IMG/VR virus record: IMGVR_UViG_3300042484_002226
Span: 1-57,742 of that record
Length of the DNA: 57,742 bases
From: a virus
Taxonomy: Duplodnaviria > Caudoviricetes
Reading direction: 5' to 3' (one strand)
Shown here: piece by piece, positions 29,847 to 39,378 of the stretch
Numbering within the stretch: the first letter of the stretch is position 1
Layout: every line of letters starts with the position of its first letter
Position numbers and translations under genes: made by a program
Notes under the pieces: generated by a model
What the model saw: the letters and a program-made list of their open reading frames with translations, nothing else
The model's database searches: none
Told to the model about the DNA's origin: nothing

Positions 29847-30827
29847 ATGGTATGTATAGACTTTCAAGGCGGCAGCCACGGTAACTATTTAGAGTTTATT
29901 TGTAACAAATTTCTAGCATGTGTACCTACCGCAGGGCCGACCCCATTTAATCACCTTGGGGCGTCACACCAACAAAATTATCTCGGCTCCCGGATATTTC
30001 AAGGCGGTCACTATTCATTTTGGCCAGAAATTACCCACGTACTTGAGAAGAATCAAGTAGTATCTATACAGATTGATATAGATGATCTTCTCCCGTTAAC
30101 ATCAGTAAGTTTGCTGCGCGCCGGAAATTATAACTATGCCAATAACGAACTAGAGTTGGATACCTATAATAAATTGAATAATCGAGATTATAAGTGGGTA
30201 CTTGACAATATTGTTACTAACTTTTTTAGCAATCAAATTCAAGGTAGTTACAATGCAGTAAAGGACGACACATGGCCTTGCGTAAATAACCTACATGAGT
30301 TTAATCAATTGCCAATTTGGATCCAAGATGAATGTTATAACATTCATGGATTAGTCTTGTTGCAGCTTGATAAAGAGCACCCAGATTGTCCAAGACATGT
30401 ACTCCGAGAATTTTTTAAACTAGGGTTTAAATATCCACTCCAATCGGGTTTTATTCAGCAACAGAAAAAAATGGTGTACTCCGAGTCGATCTCAGTATAC
30501 TCGATGCCATTTTCTGCATTTTATAATATTGAAACATTTGTAACACATTTGCACGCCATTGCTAGTATGGCTGGTTACACAGTGCATAATCTACCCGACT
30601 TGTTAGTAGTGCACCAACAGTTCCTAGATTTACAAATTTACAAAACATCTAAACTCCGGTGTGACCAACTGATTAGTGATATTCAGTTAGGGCAATCTTT
30701 TGCATTGCCTAAATTAACACTATTAGAAGAAAGTTATGTTAGTGCACAGCTTGAACTATGCTATAATAAAGAATTAACCCACTGGTTTAATAATAGCCAG
30801 GACATATTGGATTATTTGACCACATGA
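29847..30827 (+). CDS. Hypothetical protein (Gly-loop family) with the shared module internally
   Basis: IDFQGGSHGNYLEF; internal YNAVKDDTWP...LP.WIQDEC. Confidence 0.5.
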   Translation: MVCIDFQGGSHGNYLEFICNKFLACVPTAGPTPFNHLGASHQQNYLGSRIFQGGHYSFWPEITHVLEKNQVVSIQIDIDDLLPLTSVSLLRAGNYNYANNELELDTYNKLNNRDYKWVLDNIVTNFFSNQIQGSYNAVKDDTWPCVNNLHEFNQLPIWIQDECYNIHGLVLLQLDKEHPDCPRHVLREFFKLGFKYPLQSGFIQQQKKMVYSESISVYSMPFSAFYNIETFVTHLHAIASMAGYTVHNLPDLLVVHQQFLDLQIYKTSKLRCDQLISDIQLGQSFALPKLTLLEESYVSAQLELCYNKELTHWFNNSQDILDYLTT

Positions 30828-31387
30828 GCGCAGACATTGATATTGACTTTGCAGATCGATCACTGGTATTAAAGTTGATTGACCATATCCCGGCTATGCA
30901 ACGGGTAGACAGCACAGTCCGTAAGCATAACTCGGGAGTATACGTCACCGATATTCCCGTAGATCCTGTGCATGGATGTGCTGCGATTGATTACGCTATA
31001 GCCGATCAGCGCGGATATTTCAAGATTGACTTCTTGAACATGAGTGTGTATCAACTGATTCAAAGTCCCGACCACTATGCAACTATGTTAGCAGCGGCTC
31101 CGCCTTGGGATCGAATTTGGAATGACATAGCTTGGGCTAAACAGTTGGTGCACGTGGGAAATTATGCAGAGTTGTTGGCATCAATGCGACCAGATTCTAT
31201 ACCCAAGATGGCTGCGTTCATTTCGATTATCCGTCCAGGCAAAGCACACCTGCAAAACTGTTCCTGGGTAGAAGTGTTCGAATCAGTCTGGAATGGGGAT
31301 GATAGTCGGGGTTACACCTTTAAAAAGGCACATGCACTTTCGTATGCAATGCTAGTGACACTACACATGAACTTGCTTACTACTTAA
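30824..31387 (+). CDS. dnaE: Minimal DNA polymerase III alpha (DnaE/family C)-like catalytic core
   Basis: DIDIDF, KHNSGVYV, KIDFL, IRPG and GYTFKKAHA.SY appear in DnaE order within 187 aa. Confidence 0.8.
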   Translation: MSADIDIDFADRSLVLKLIDHIPAMQRVDSTVRKHNSGVYVTDIPVDPVHGCAAIDYAIADQRGYFKIDFLNMSVYQLIQSPDHYATMLAAAPPWDRIWNDIAWAKQLVHVGNYAELLASMRPDSIPKMAAFISIIRPGKAHLQNCSWVEVFESVWNGDDSRGYTFKKAHALSYAMLVTLHMNLLTT

Positions 31388-32153
31388 AGTAGTCAGATTT
31401 GTTCCAGGTCTCTCCCCAGACAACAAGAGAATCGGGACTTGTTGCTAACGGTAACTGACAGTCCCAAAAATTATGATATCTTTCAGAGACTTCCGGGAGA
31501 CCCAGTATGTTACAAAGATATCTACTACCTCCGGGTTGAAATAATAGATTATAGTCTGCTTTCTTATGCGGAATTGGTAGAGCAAGAGGCGGCATACCGC
31601 CGTAGAGTCGATTTATTCCTCTGAGTAAATATTCTTTAACTAGTGAAATGCGATCGGAGTTTGTCACTCCACTGTTATCACTATCTGGTGTTGTGCTATA
31701 TTTAATAATACGTCCATCGACTTGCCATGTTCTCCTCCAAAGATTAAATGCCTCCCGAGTTCTGAGTTGCGATAGATATGTTTTAACTGTGCACTCCCAG
31801 TGAATATGACTAAAGCACACAGCGGATGTATCTATTATTAAAAGTTCAGCTTGCTCTGAATTAACTGCGCCCAGGATATTTTCTGGCATGTTTACATGTA
31901 ACGCACCAGCATACCAAAAATCTGCTGCGGGATTCAGAGTGAAATGCTCTTCAAATAAATCTGAAAATCGATCAAATTTTTTGTGATCGAGCATTTTACT
32001 GTGCCGCATGAATCCATAACTTTGCCCTGTTAATGGGTCGATATGCCATTCATTATCGAGAAATTGCGGCAAGGTTCCTAACCATCCAGCCACAAAGTCT
32101 ATTCTGGCACCACCTTCGCCGGCTACTAAAATAACTTTTTTAATTTCTACCAT
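31380..32153 (-). CDS. Hypothetical protein (Gly-loop family), tandem paralog A
   Basis: VILVAGEGGARIDFVAGWL; colinear with the next ORF. Confidence 0.6.
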   Translation of the reverse strand: MVEIKKVILVAGEGGARIDFVAGWLGTLPQFLDNEWHIDPLTGQSYGFMRHSKMLDHKKFDRFSDLFEEHFTLNPAADFWYAGALHVNMPENILGAVNSEQAELLIIDTSAVCFSHIHWECTVKTYLSQLRTREAFNLWRRTWQVDGRIIKYSTTPDSDNSGVTNSDRISLVKEYLLRGINRLYGGMPPLALPIPHKKADYNLLFQPGGSRYLCNILGLPEVSERYHNFWDCQLPLATSPDSLVVWGETWNKSDYFK

Positions 32154-32905
32154 GAGTTGATCTGTTCATTGAAGTAATCCGCTTTGTTCCAAGTTCGCCC
32201 CCATACGACGAGCGAAGTGGGGCTTACAGTTAGTGGTAGATAACAGTCCCATGCTGCATGATATCTGCTATCGATCGCTGGCAGATTTAGTTGTTTACAC
32301 AGATACTTGCTACCACCTGGTTGAAACAATAGATTATAGGCTACCGTTTTATGTGGCAGTTGAATAGCTCCCGGCCGTACAAGCGGCTGATTCTTTAGAC
32401 TCTGCAACTGCTGCTCGACTAATGTAATACGATCCTGATTTGTTATTTCAGATTTCTTAATGTTCCTGTCAATCTGCTGCCAAGTCATGTTTGTTTCGAT
32501 TGCGCCTCGAGTTCTGAATTGTGGGAAATATGTTTTAACTACAAACTCCCATGCCAAGTGATCGGTACTAACACTTGATGTATCGATAGACACTAGTTCT
32601 GCTAGGCCAGATTCAATAGCGCCTTGGATATTTTCTGGTTTATGACCGTGCAAGGTACCGGCATAATATAAATCTGCTGCAGGATTTATAATGAAAAACT
32701 CTTTAAAGAAATCGGAGAAACTGTCAATTTTTACGTAATCGAGCATTTTAGTGAACATCATGGATCCGTGACTTAGCCCAGTTTGTGGATCTATGCGCCA
32801 AGTAGTGTCAAGGAACAACGGCAGAGTACTTAGCCATCCGGCAACAAAGTCCATTCTAGCTCCGCCTGCACCGGCTACTAAAATAACTTTTTTAATTTCT
32901 AACAT
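32147..32905 (-). CDS. Hypothetical protein (Gly-loop family), tandem paralog B
   Basis: VILVAGAGGARMDFVAGWL; identical 31-bp 5' segment shared with paralog A. Confidence 0.6.
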   Translation of the reverse strand: MLEIKKVILVAGAGGARMDFVAGWLSTLPLFLDTTWRIDPQTGLSHGSMMFTKMLDYVKIDSFSDFFKEFFIINPAADLYYAGTLHGHKPENIQGAIESGLAELVSIDTSSVSTDHLAWEFVVKTYFPQFRTRGAIETNMTWQQIDRNIKKSEITNQDRITLVEQQLQSLKNQPLVRPGAIQLPHKTVAYNLLFQPGGSKYLCKQLNLPAIDSRYHAAWDCYLPLTVSPTSLVVWGRTWNKADYFNEQINSW

Positions 32906-33282
32906 TAGTTGATTCGTCTGACCAGGGTTATACTCTTGCGTTTGGACTTTTTGCGTCCGAGGTCGTTTAAGCTGCATACAGGGCCGTGGATGATCTCAAG
33001 ATCTCGGTTACTGAATGTGCGTAGATAAGGACGGAACAGGTCCCACTCGTGCTTGAGGAAGATATTGATGGGGATACTGCGGTTGCTTTCCCACCACCAA
33101 GTGTTGGCCAACTCAATGAATACTCGCTTAAGAGCAGCATCTAGTATGTTACCAAAGTCGTAAATGGTGGTGATGGCGTCGTCACGATTTTGAATGATAC
33201 CGACATACTCCACGCCGGCGTATGAACACAGGGTGATAAAAGGGTACTTAGAAGTTAGAGTTTGGAATATGTTTTCACCCAT
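32905..33282 (-). CDS. Hypothetical protein
   Basis: YPF...EYVGIIQN...WWWESNRSIPINIFL, basic tail; TATAAATA on the - strand at 33322-33329. Confidence 0.65.
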   Translation of the reverse strand: MGENIFQTLTSKYPFITLCSYAGVEYVGIIQNRDDAITTIYDFGNILDAALKRVFIELANTWWWESNRSIPINIFLKHEWDLFRPYLRTFSNRDLEIIHGPVCSLNDLGRKKSKRKSITLVRRIN

Positions 33283-33303
33283 AAATATCAATGGAGACAG
33301 CGA

Positions 33304-34089
33304 ATGTACGCAACCACAGCCTATTTATATCAGCAAATTCAGACAGTTTTATTGATTGATATCAGTGGGGCTTACTTTGACCGGAGATGGCAACCAGTGT
33401 ATGCAAAGAACTTAAAACTCAACTTGGGTGTGGATAACGTGATCCTATTCCAATTTCAAAATCAAGATCAGAAACCCGTAAACATTTCTGGTTGCACGTT
33501 TACCTTCCGCATTATTAGTCAAAACGGTGAGGACTTGCTATATGCAACTGAATTAGTTGCACTTAGTACCGCACTGGGCCGAGCCAAGGTTACAGTTCCT
33601 GCCGCCGACACTGCATATTTCCAAGCACAACCTGCAAGCTGGAGCTTGGAGATATCATCGGGTAACCTGGATCAAGCTGTGCTAGTTGATGCATATTCAA
33701 ACGCCCGGGGAGATATTGATATTGTTAATTCTGTGTTCCCGACTTTTGTTGCCAGTCAAGTCTTGACTATCCCTAGTCAGGCAGCCCAAAATAATGTATT
33801 CTATTCTAGTACCGTAACAACTGATGGCTGGGCCATGACTACATTCCAAGTTGACACTGTTGGCTTAACAGGTAACTTGACAGTGCAAGGTAGTACTGGC
33901 GGAACTGCCAACACGGTAGAGTGGTATAATATTGCCTTTGAAGATCTCAAGGCCGGAAACATTGCTAACTCAGTTTCGTTTACTAACTCTACAGAGCGGT
34001 TGGGGTTCGATGTCGAAGGTTACCACCCACAACTACGCCTGGCAGTACAAGTTCAATCAGGAGCACTACCAGTTATTGTCTACCGGTGA
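33304..34089 (+). CDS. Probable virion structural protein (BppU/baseplate-like N-terminus)
   Basis: GVDNVILFQFQNQDQKPVNISG; T/S/V-rich; TAAATA and GGAG upstream. Confidence 0.5.
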   Translation: MYATTAYLYQQIQTVLLIDISGAYFDRRWQPVYAKNLKLNLGVDNVILFQFQNQDQKPVNISGCTFTFRIISQNGEDLLYATELVALSTALGRAKVTVPAADTAYFQAQPASWSLEISSGNLDQAVLVDAYSNARGDIDIVNSVFPTFVASQVLTIPSQAAQNNVFYSSTVTTDGWAMTTFQVDTVGLTGNLTVQGSTGGTANTVEWYNIAFEDLKAGNIANSVSFTNSTERLGFDVEGYHPQLRLAVQVQSGALPVIVYR

Positions 34090-34112
34090 CCGCTTAGTGT
34101 GCTAATTACTTG

Positions 34113-34802
34113 ATGAGTAAGATTAAAAAACTGGTTGTATTTGGGGATAGTTGGACCTTTGGTGACGAATTAATGGCACCGGGGTTGGCGAGTCGCCTAG
34201 ATTCGTATAATGCGATGCCCGAGAATGATCAATATCGACTACAGCATTGTTGGGCACGTCATGTAGCTGACCACTTTGGGTTAGAGCTAGTTAACTTGGC
34301 CTTTAATGGCATGAGCTTGCAGAGCATGATTTGGACGGCGTTATGGTGGATTAACAATCACGATGTGTCTGACAGTGTAGCAATAGCGGCACTTACGCTA
34401 GATCATAGGACCAGTTGGTACCAAGACAATGTACCTGGTCGAACCCCCGAATGGAACATGCACACGCACTCGGCGTGGGAACAAACATTTGGGCCCTGGA
34501 GGGAAGTAAAACAAAATTATTTCCAACATAGCCAAGGAGATATGCTGGATCAATATCAACGACAGCAAGCGGTGTTATGTTTTGATAGCATTGCTGATCG
34601 CCACCAGATCCCAGTAGTCCAATTTGATATACACCCCGATCAAACTCCTTACTACGGTAAACAACATGCTTATGTTGGCGAAGCTGCTTGGAACTGGATC
34701 GAAGATAATCGGGCCAAGGACAAACACCCTAACGAACAAGGACATGTTTTGATTGCCAACAGGTTGATTTCTTGGATAGAATCTGTTAAACTTATGAAGT
34801 GA
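34113..34802 (+). CDS. SGNH-like hydrolase
   Basis: VFGDSWTFG, NLAFNG.S, HPNEQGH..IA. Confidence 0.6.
   Translation: MSKIKKLVVFGDSWTFGDELMAPGLASRLDSYNAMPENDQYRLQHCWARHVADHFGLELVNLAFNGMSLQSMIWTALWWINNHDVSDSVAIAALTLDHRTSWYQDNVPGRTPEWNMHTHSAWEQTFGPWREVKQNYFQHSQGDMLDQYQRQQAVLCFDSIADRHQIPVVQFDIHPDQTPYYGKQHAYVGEAAWNWIEDNRAKDKHPNEQGHVLIANRLISWIESVKLMK
34764..34792 (+). promoter_or_regulatory. Sigma70-like promoter for primase
   Basis: TTGATT-17 nt-(TGt)TAAACT; GTG 6 nt downstream. Confidence 0.55.
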
Positions 34803-35782
34803 TAGATCTACTTGCTTATTTGCCAGCGCGCCGAAAACAAACCTCTTCGGGCTGGCTCAGTTTCAACTCGCCCTGTTGTGTACACAACGGGCAGTCGGCC
34901 GATCGTAGGCAGCGAGGCGGGATCAAAGCAACCCCAGATGGCTGGAGCTTTCATTGCTTTAATTGCCGATTTACTGCTAGTTGGCAATTGGGCCGAAATC
35001 TAAGCATCAAAGCTCGTAAGTTTTTGGGATGGGTAGGGGTGTCGGAACATGATATTGAAATGCTTAATATCGAAAGCTTACGACATCGAAGTATACATGG
35101 AATCATCCAGGATCGACAGCGAACGGCCGAACTGCTGTTAGGTGTCGAGTTTAAAGAACGCGACTTACCGCCAGCTGCTGAACTAATTGCACCTGAGCAT
35201 AGTGAGTTTTGGCAGTATGCTCGTAAGCGATGCGTACCTGAAGACTTTCCCTTGATGACACAGATACGCAATGATGGCGTCCACTGGACTAGGCCACACG
35301 TGATTGTGCCATTTACCTATGACAACAAGATTGTAGGTTCTGCCTGCAGGTTCATAGATAACAAGCAACCAAAGTTCATAAACGATACCCAACCAGGTTA
35401 CGTATTTGGCACAGACTTACAGCACGATGACTGGCAACATGTACTGGTCATGGAAGGCGTGTTTGATGCAATCTGTATTGGGGGGGTCGCGGTATTGCAC
35501 AACGATATTAACGATGCACAGGCCAGGCTGATACGAAACCTAGGGAAAGAAATCACAGTAGTCCCTGATCATGACAGTGCAGGTATGGCCCTAGTTGATC
35601 GTGCAGTGGAACTAGGGTGGGCTGTGAGCATGCCCGATTGGCCCCCGGAGATCAAAGACGTCAACGATGCAGTGGTCACATTTGGCCGTTTGGCTACACT
35701 GCTAACCATAATGCAAGCTAGGGAAACTAGTCGAATCAAAATAGAACTAAGGAAGAAACAACTTGTTAAACACCTACGTTAA
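34799..35782 (+). CDS. DNA primase (gp61/DnaG-like)
   Basis: Zn ribbon PCC..H...FHCFNC; TOPRIM MEGVFDA, PDHD..G, KDVND. Confidence 0.88.
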   Translation: MIDLLAYLPARRKQTSSGWLSFNSPCCVHNGQSADRRQRGGIKATPDGWSFHCFNCRFTASWQLGRNLSIKARKFLGWVGVSEHDIEMLNIESLRHRSIHGIIQDRQRTAELLLGVEFKERDLPPAAELIAPEHSEFWQYARKRCVPEDFPLMTQIRNDGVHWTRPHVIVPFTYDNKIVGSACRFIDNKQPKFINDTQPGYVFGTDLQHDDWQHVLVMEGVFDAICIGGVAVLHNDINDAQARLIRNLGKEITVVPDHDSAGMALVDRAVELGWAVSMPDWPPEIKDVNDAVVTFGRLATLLTIMQARETSRIKIELRKKQLVKHLR

Positions 35783-36566
35783 AAAGGTCATATTATTTCC
35801 GGCAGGTGCGAGCGGGCATTTCTTAGCTAGCTTTTTGTGCGCAAACCCGAATGTAATCCCCCCAGCATTTAGACTTGATATGAATCAGGACTTTGGGGGT
35901 GTATCTAAATTTTGTAAGACCTATGACGATATCGTAAGTGAGCTAGACAACAGCACAACTCGTATCATAGTAAGTCACTTTCAAGAAGTAACTAAGCTTC
36001 GATCTCATAAAAACGCACCGCAGCTATATAAAATATATCCCAAGACAAACGTGTTTGGGTGGATTAAGAATGTATTTGCTAAAAAGCAGCTATTGGAAAC
36101 TGTGGATTATTCCGGGGCAGATTTTGTAATGCAAATAGATATACATTTCATGCACATACATGATTTTTATACACAACTTAAATTAGATCAAGATTTGCCC
36201 GATGATGTGGTTATAGACTTTGGTCAATTATACGATATAGAGTACTTAACAGAGTTGTACACTGTAGTTAATCGGCATCCTCCGGCCCAGGAGACATTAG
36301 ATTTTGCAAGACAGTACATTGACAAGCAATTCCCTCCAATGGATGACTGCGTGTCCTTGGATCTTCAGGAGATTATAAGTCATGTTAACCCGCAAGATAA
36401 CTTTGATCTTGCAACTTTGATTTTTATATATGAGAAAAATCATAACACTGTGGACAGAAATAGATTATGGAGCATTGACGATCTACCGACTACTATAGAA
36501 GGTAGCATTGAGTTTTTGTTAAAAAACGAAAAAAATTACACAATCTTCAGGAACACTGTACGATGA
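35763..36566 (+). CDS. Hypothetical protein (Gly-loop family)
   Basis: VILFPAGASGHFLASFL. Confidence 0.5.
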   Translation: MLNTYVKKVILFPAGASGHFLASFLCANPNVIPPAFRLDMNQDFGGVSKFCKTYDDIVSELDNSTTRIIVSHFQEVTKLRSHKNAPQLYKIYPKTNVFGWIKNVFAKKQLLETVDYSGADFVMQIDIHFMHIHDFYTQLKLDQDLPDDVVIDFGQLYDIEYLTELYTVVNRHPPAQETLDFARQYIDKQFPPMDDCVSLDLQEIISHVNPQDNFDLATLIFIYEKNHNTVDRNRLWSIDDLPTTIEGSIEFLLKNEKNYTIFRNTVR

Positions 36567-37597
36567 AAGAGTACCGGCCAAGAGTTAGCAGTCATACAGG
36601 ATTTCAACCCTTAAAGGAAGTTTGGGTCGGAGATTGTTATCCTGCAGCATTTGCTGATGCAGTTGACTCCAAACATAAGGAATTATTTTACAAGATTACT
36701 GAATCTACCCAGCGAGATCTTGATCAATTGGTAAAAAAAATACAAGAATTTGATATTGTGGTCAGGCGGCCTGAGTTTAACGATATTTCTACTTTCCTTG
36801 ATGACCGTGACAAATTGATCAAGCCACCAATTACACCAAGGGATTGGGCAATAACATTAGATGATACCTTGTATATTACACCGCAGTATCCTGACTCATT
36901 TACTGCGTTCGAGTCCACAATTAATCTTTATAAGAACAACAATCAAAAAGTTAGAATTTTAGATCGAACCATAAACGAACCCATGTGCTATATGGTATTC
37001 CCGGCGGTGGTGCGGGTAGGGGATGATTTGTTTGTTGATATCCCTCTAGAATCAAATATATTAGAAATAATACATCCGGTGTTAGAAGAACTATCTACAA
37101 AATACCGAGTTCACGTGACTCGTAACGGTGACCACTCCGACGGAGTATTCTGTCCAGTTGCAGCCGGGCAGATTTTTAGCACTCACTATCGACAAAAATA
37201 TAAAAGTACATTCCCCGAGTGGGATGTATTCTTTTTAACAGATACTACTGCCCTAAGAGACAATAATCATAATGGAAAATGGTGGCTACCGGGGATTGAT
37301 TATCCACAGTTCGGCGAAGAAGTATTTTCCCAATGGATTGGTGATTCTAGGGAAACGGTGTTTGAAGTTAACATGCTAGTGATAGATGAACACAATATTA
37401 TTTGTATAGCCGAGGACGACTTGGCTTGCAAAAAATTAGAGTCATTGGGAATCACACCGCATGTAGTAGATTTCAAAACACGAGGATTTTGGGACGGCGG
37501 CGTACATTGTTTAACATTGGATATTCATCGAGCAGGTGATAAAATTAATTACTGGCCTGGCCTGCGCACCAGGAATGGAATTTATTATCATGAATAG
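36563..37597 (+). CDS. Amidinotransferase (glycine/inosamine-phosphate type, pentein fold)
   Basis: PLKEVWVG, TPRD, HSDG, NML, GGVHCLTLD catalytic Asp/His/Cys pattern. Confidence 0.82.
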   Translation: MKEYRPRVSSHTGFQPLKEVWVGDCYPAAFADAVDSKHKELFYKITESTQRDLDQLVKKIQEFDIVVRRPEFNDISTFLDDRDKLIKPPITPRDWAITLDDTLYITPQYPDSFTAFESTINLYKNNNQKVRILDRTINEPMCYMVFPAVVRVGDDLFVDIPLESNILEIIHPVLEELSTKYRVHVTRNGDHSDGVFCPVAAGQIFSTHYRQKYKSTFPEWDVFFLTDTTALRDNNHNGKWWLPGIDYPQFGEEVFSQWIGDSRETVFEVNMLVIDEHNIICIAEDDLACKKLESLGITPHVVDFKTRGFWDGGVHCLTLDIHRAGDKINYWPGLRTRNGIYYHE

Positions 37598-37605
37598 TAT
37601 GCCAT

Positions 37606-37634
37606 TTGAATTTACTAACATAATCTGTTATAAT
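37606..37634 (+). promoter_or_regulatory. Sigma70-like promoter for helicase
   Basis: TTGAAT-17 nt-(TGt)TATAAT; ATG 5 nt downstream. Confidence 0.7.
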
Positions 37635-37639
37635 AAACT

Positions 37640-39067
37640 ATGATTAAAGAATACGGAATCGACGTTCAGAAGTTATTTTTGGAGATGATGTTAGAGGATG
37701 CATCTAGCTATGTTCGCGTCCAAAATATCTACAATCCCGAGAACTTTGATAAGAGTCTACGCCCTGCGGCTGTGTTCATCAAGGAGCACAGCGATAAACA
37801 CAAGACCATGCCGGATCGACTGCAGATCTCTGCCACAACGGGTATCAAGCTACAAGCTGTGCCGGACTTGAATGAGGGACACTTTGAATGGTTCATGGAA
37901 GAGTTCGAGTCCTTTACACGTCGACAAGAACTTGAACGGGCAATTTTAAAAGCAGCAGACTTGTTGGAAAAGGGCGATTACGATCCGGTTGAGAAACTGA
38001 TCAAGGACGCAGTGCAAATCAGCTTGACCAAAGACTTAGGCACAGATTACTTTGCAGACCCGGCTGCACGGATCAACAAGTACTTTAACAGCGGAGGCCA
38101 GGTCAGTACAGGTTGGCCACAGCTGGATAGATTGCTGTACGGTGGGTTTAGCCGCGGAGAATTGAACATCTTTGCAGGTGGATCAGGGTCGGGCAAGAGC
38201 TTGGTCATGATGAACATTGCACTAAGCTGGGTGCAGGCCGGCCTTAGTGGAGTGTATGTCACACTGGAACTAAGTGAAGAGTTGACCAGCTTGCGTACAG
38301 ATGCCATGCTGACCAGCATGAGTACCAAGGACATTCGCAAGGATATTGGTACAACTGAGCTCAGAGTCAAGATGATAGGCAAAAAATCTGGCAACTATCA
38401 AGTCAAAGGACTTCCGGCACAAAGCAACATCAATGACATTCGTAGTTTCTTGAAAGAGTATCAAATCCAAACTAACAAGCGTGTGGACTTTGTCATGATT
38501 GATTACCTGGACTTGCTGATGCCAGTCAGTGCCAAAGTTAGTCCCAATGACTTGTTTGTCAAGGACAAGTACGTGAGTGAAGAACTGCGTAACTTGGCCA
38601 AGGAACTAGGTGTACTGATGGTAACTGCAAGTCAGTTGAATCGTAGTGCTGTGGAAGAGAATGAGTTTGATCACAGTCATATTAGTGGGGGCATTAGTAA
38701 GATCAACACAGCAGACAACGTGTTTGGTATCTTCACCAGCCGCAGCATGCGCGAGCGCGGCAAGTATCAGATCCAGTGCATGAAGTCGCGCAGTTCAACC
38801 GGAGTAGGACAAAAGATCGATCTTGAGTACAACATTGAAACCATGCGTATCACTGATGAGGGCGGGGATAGTGCCAGTGACCGCCCAACCAGTTCAATTA
38901 TGGATGCGATCAAGACCCGTAGTCAAGCACAGGCGGCCGACAAGCTTGAGAGTAGCGATACTGTAAAGTTTGAACGTGCACCCAGGACCGACGACGTACC
39001 AAAGATCTCGGCTGAAATTCAATCAACCAAGCTCAAGCAATTACTAGGGCAGATTAAGAAATCTTAA
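37640..39067 (+). CDS. gp41: DnaB-like replicative helicase (T4 gp41-like)
   Basis: STGW..LD, GGSGSGKS, TLE, IDYLDL, TASQLNR, MKSR. Confidence 0.92.
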   Translation: MIKEYGIDVQKLFLEMMLEDASSYVRVQNIYNPENFDKSLRPAAVFIKEHSDKHKTMPDRLQISATTGIKLQAVPDLNEGHFEWFMEEFESFTRRQELERAILKAADLLEKGDYDPVEKLIKDAVQISLTKDLGTDYFADPAARINKYFNSGGQVSTGWPQLDRLLYGGFSRGELNIFAGGSGSGKSLVMMNIALSWVQAGLSGVYVTLELSEELTSLRTDAMLTSMSTKDIRKDIGTTELRVKMIGKKSGNYQVKGLPAQSNINDIRSFLKEYQIQTNKRVDFVMIDYLDLLMPVSAKVSPNDLFVKDKYVSEELRNLAKELGVLMVTASQLNRSAVEENEFDHSHISGGISKINTADNVFGIFTSRSMRERGKYQIQCMKSRSSTGVGQKIDLEYNIETMRITDEGGDSASDRPTSSIMDAIKTRSQAQAADKLESSDTVKFERAPRTDDVPKISAEIQSTKLKQLLGQIKKS

Positions 39068-39120
39068 TCACTCTACGTACAGGCAGTAATTTAAATAAAT
39101 AATTCAAAGGCCATGTGAGC

Positions 39121-39378
39121 ATGCAGAAAAAGACACGCAGCATATTAGAAGAATTAGACACGCTGTACCAAGAAAAGCATTCTGATCAAGATCGCCGGTA
39201 CATCATTGAATCTCGCGCAGCTAATGTGATTGCCAGTGCTATCCGTCTGGTGGAACAAATTGAGTCCAGCTACACACCGGAACAGGCAGATAACCTGGTG
39301 CGCAAGTTGTTTAATGCAATACGCACCAAGGATCAAAGTAAATTTACACGAACAATGAGGAGAACCGATGCTAACTGA
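39121..39378 (+). CDS. Late hypothetical protein
   Basis: TAAATAAATA upstream; ILEE/IIES motifs. Confidence 0.6.
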   Translation: MQKKTRSILEELDTLYQEKHSDQDRRYIIESRAANVIASAIRLVEQIESSYTPEQADNLVRKLFNAIRTKDQSKFTRTMRRTDAN

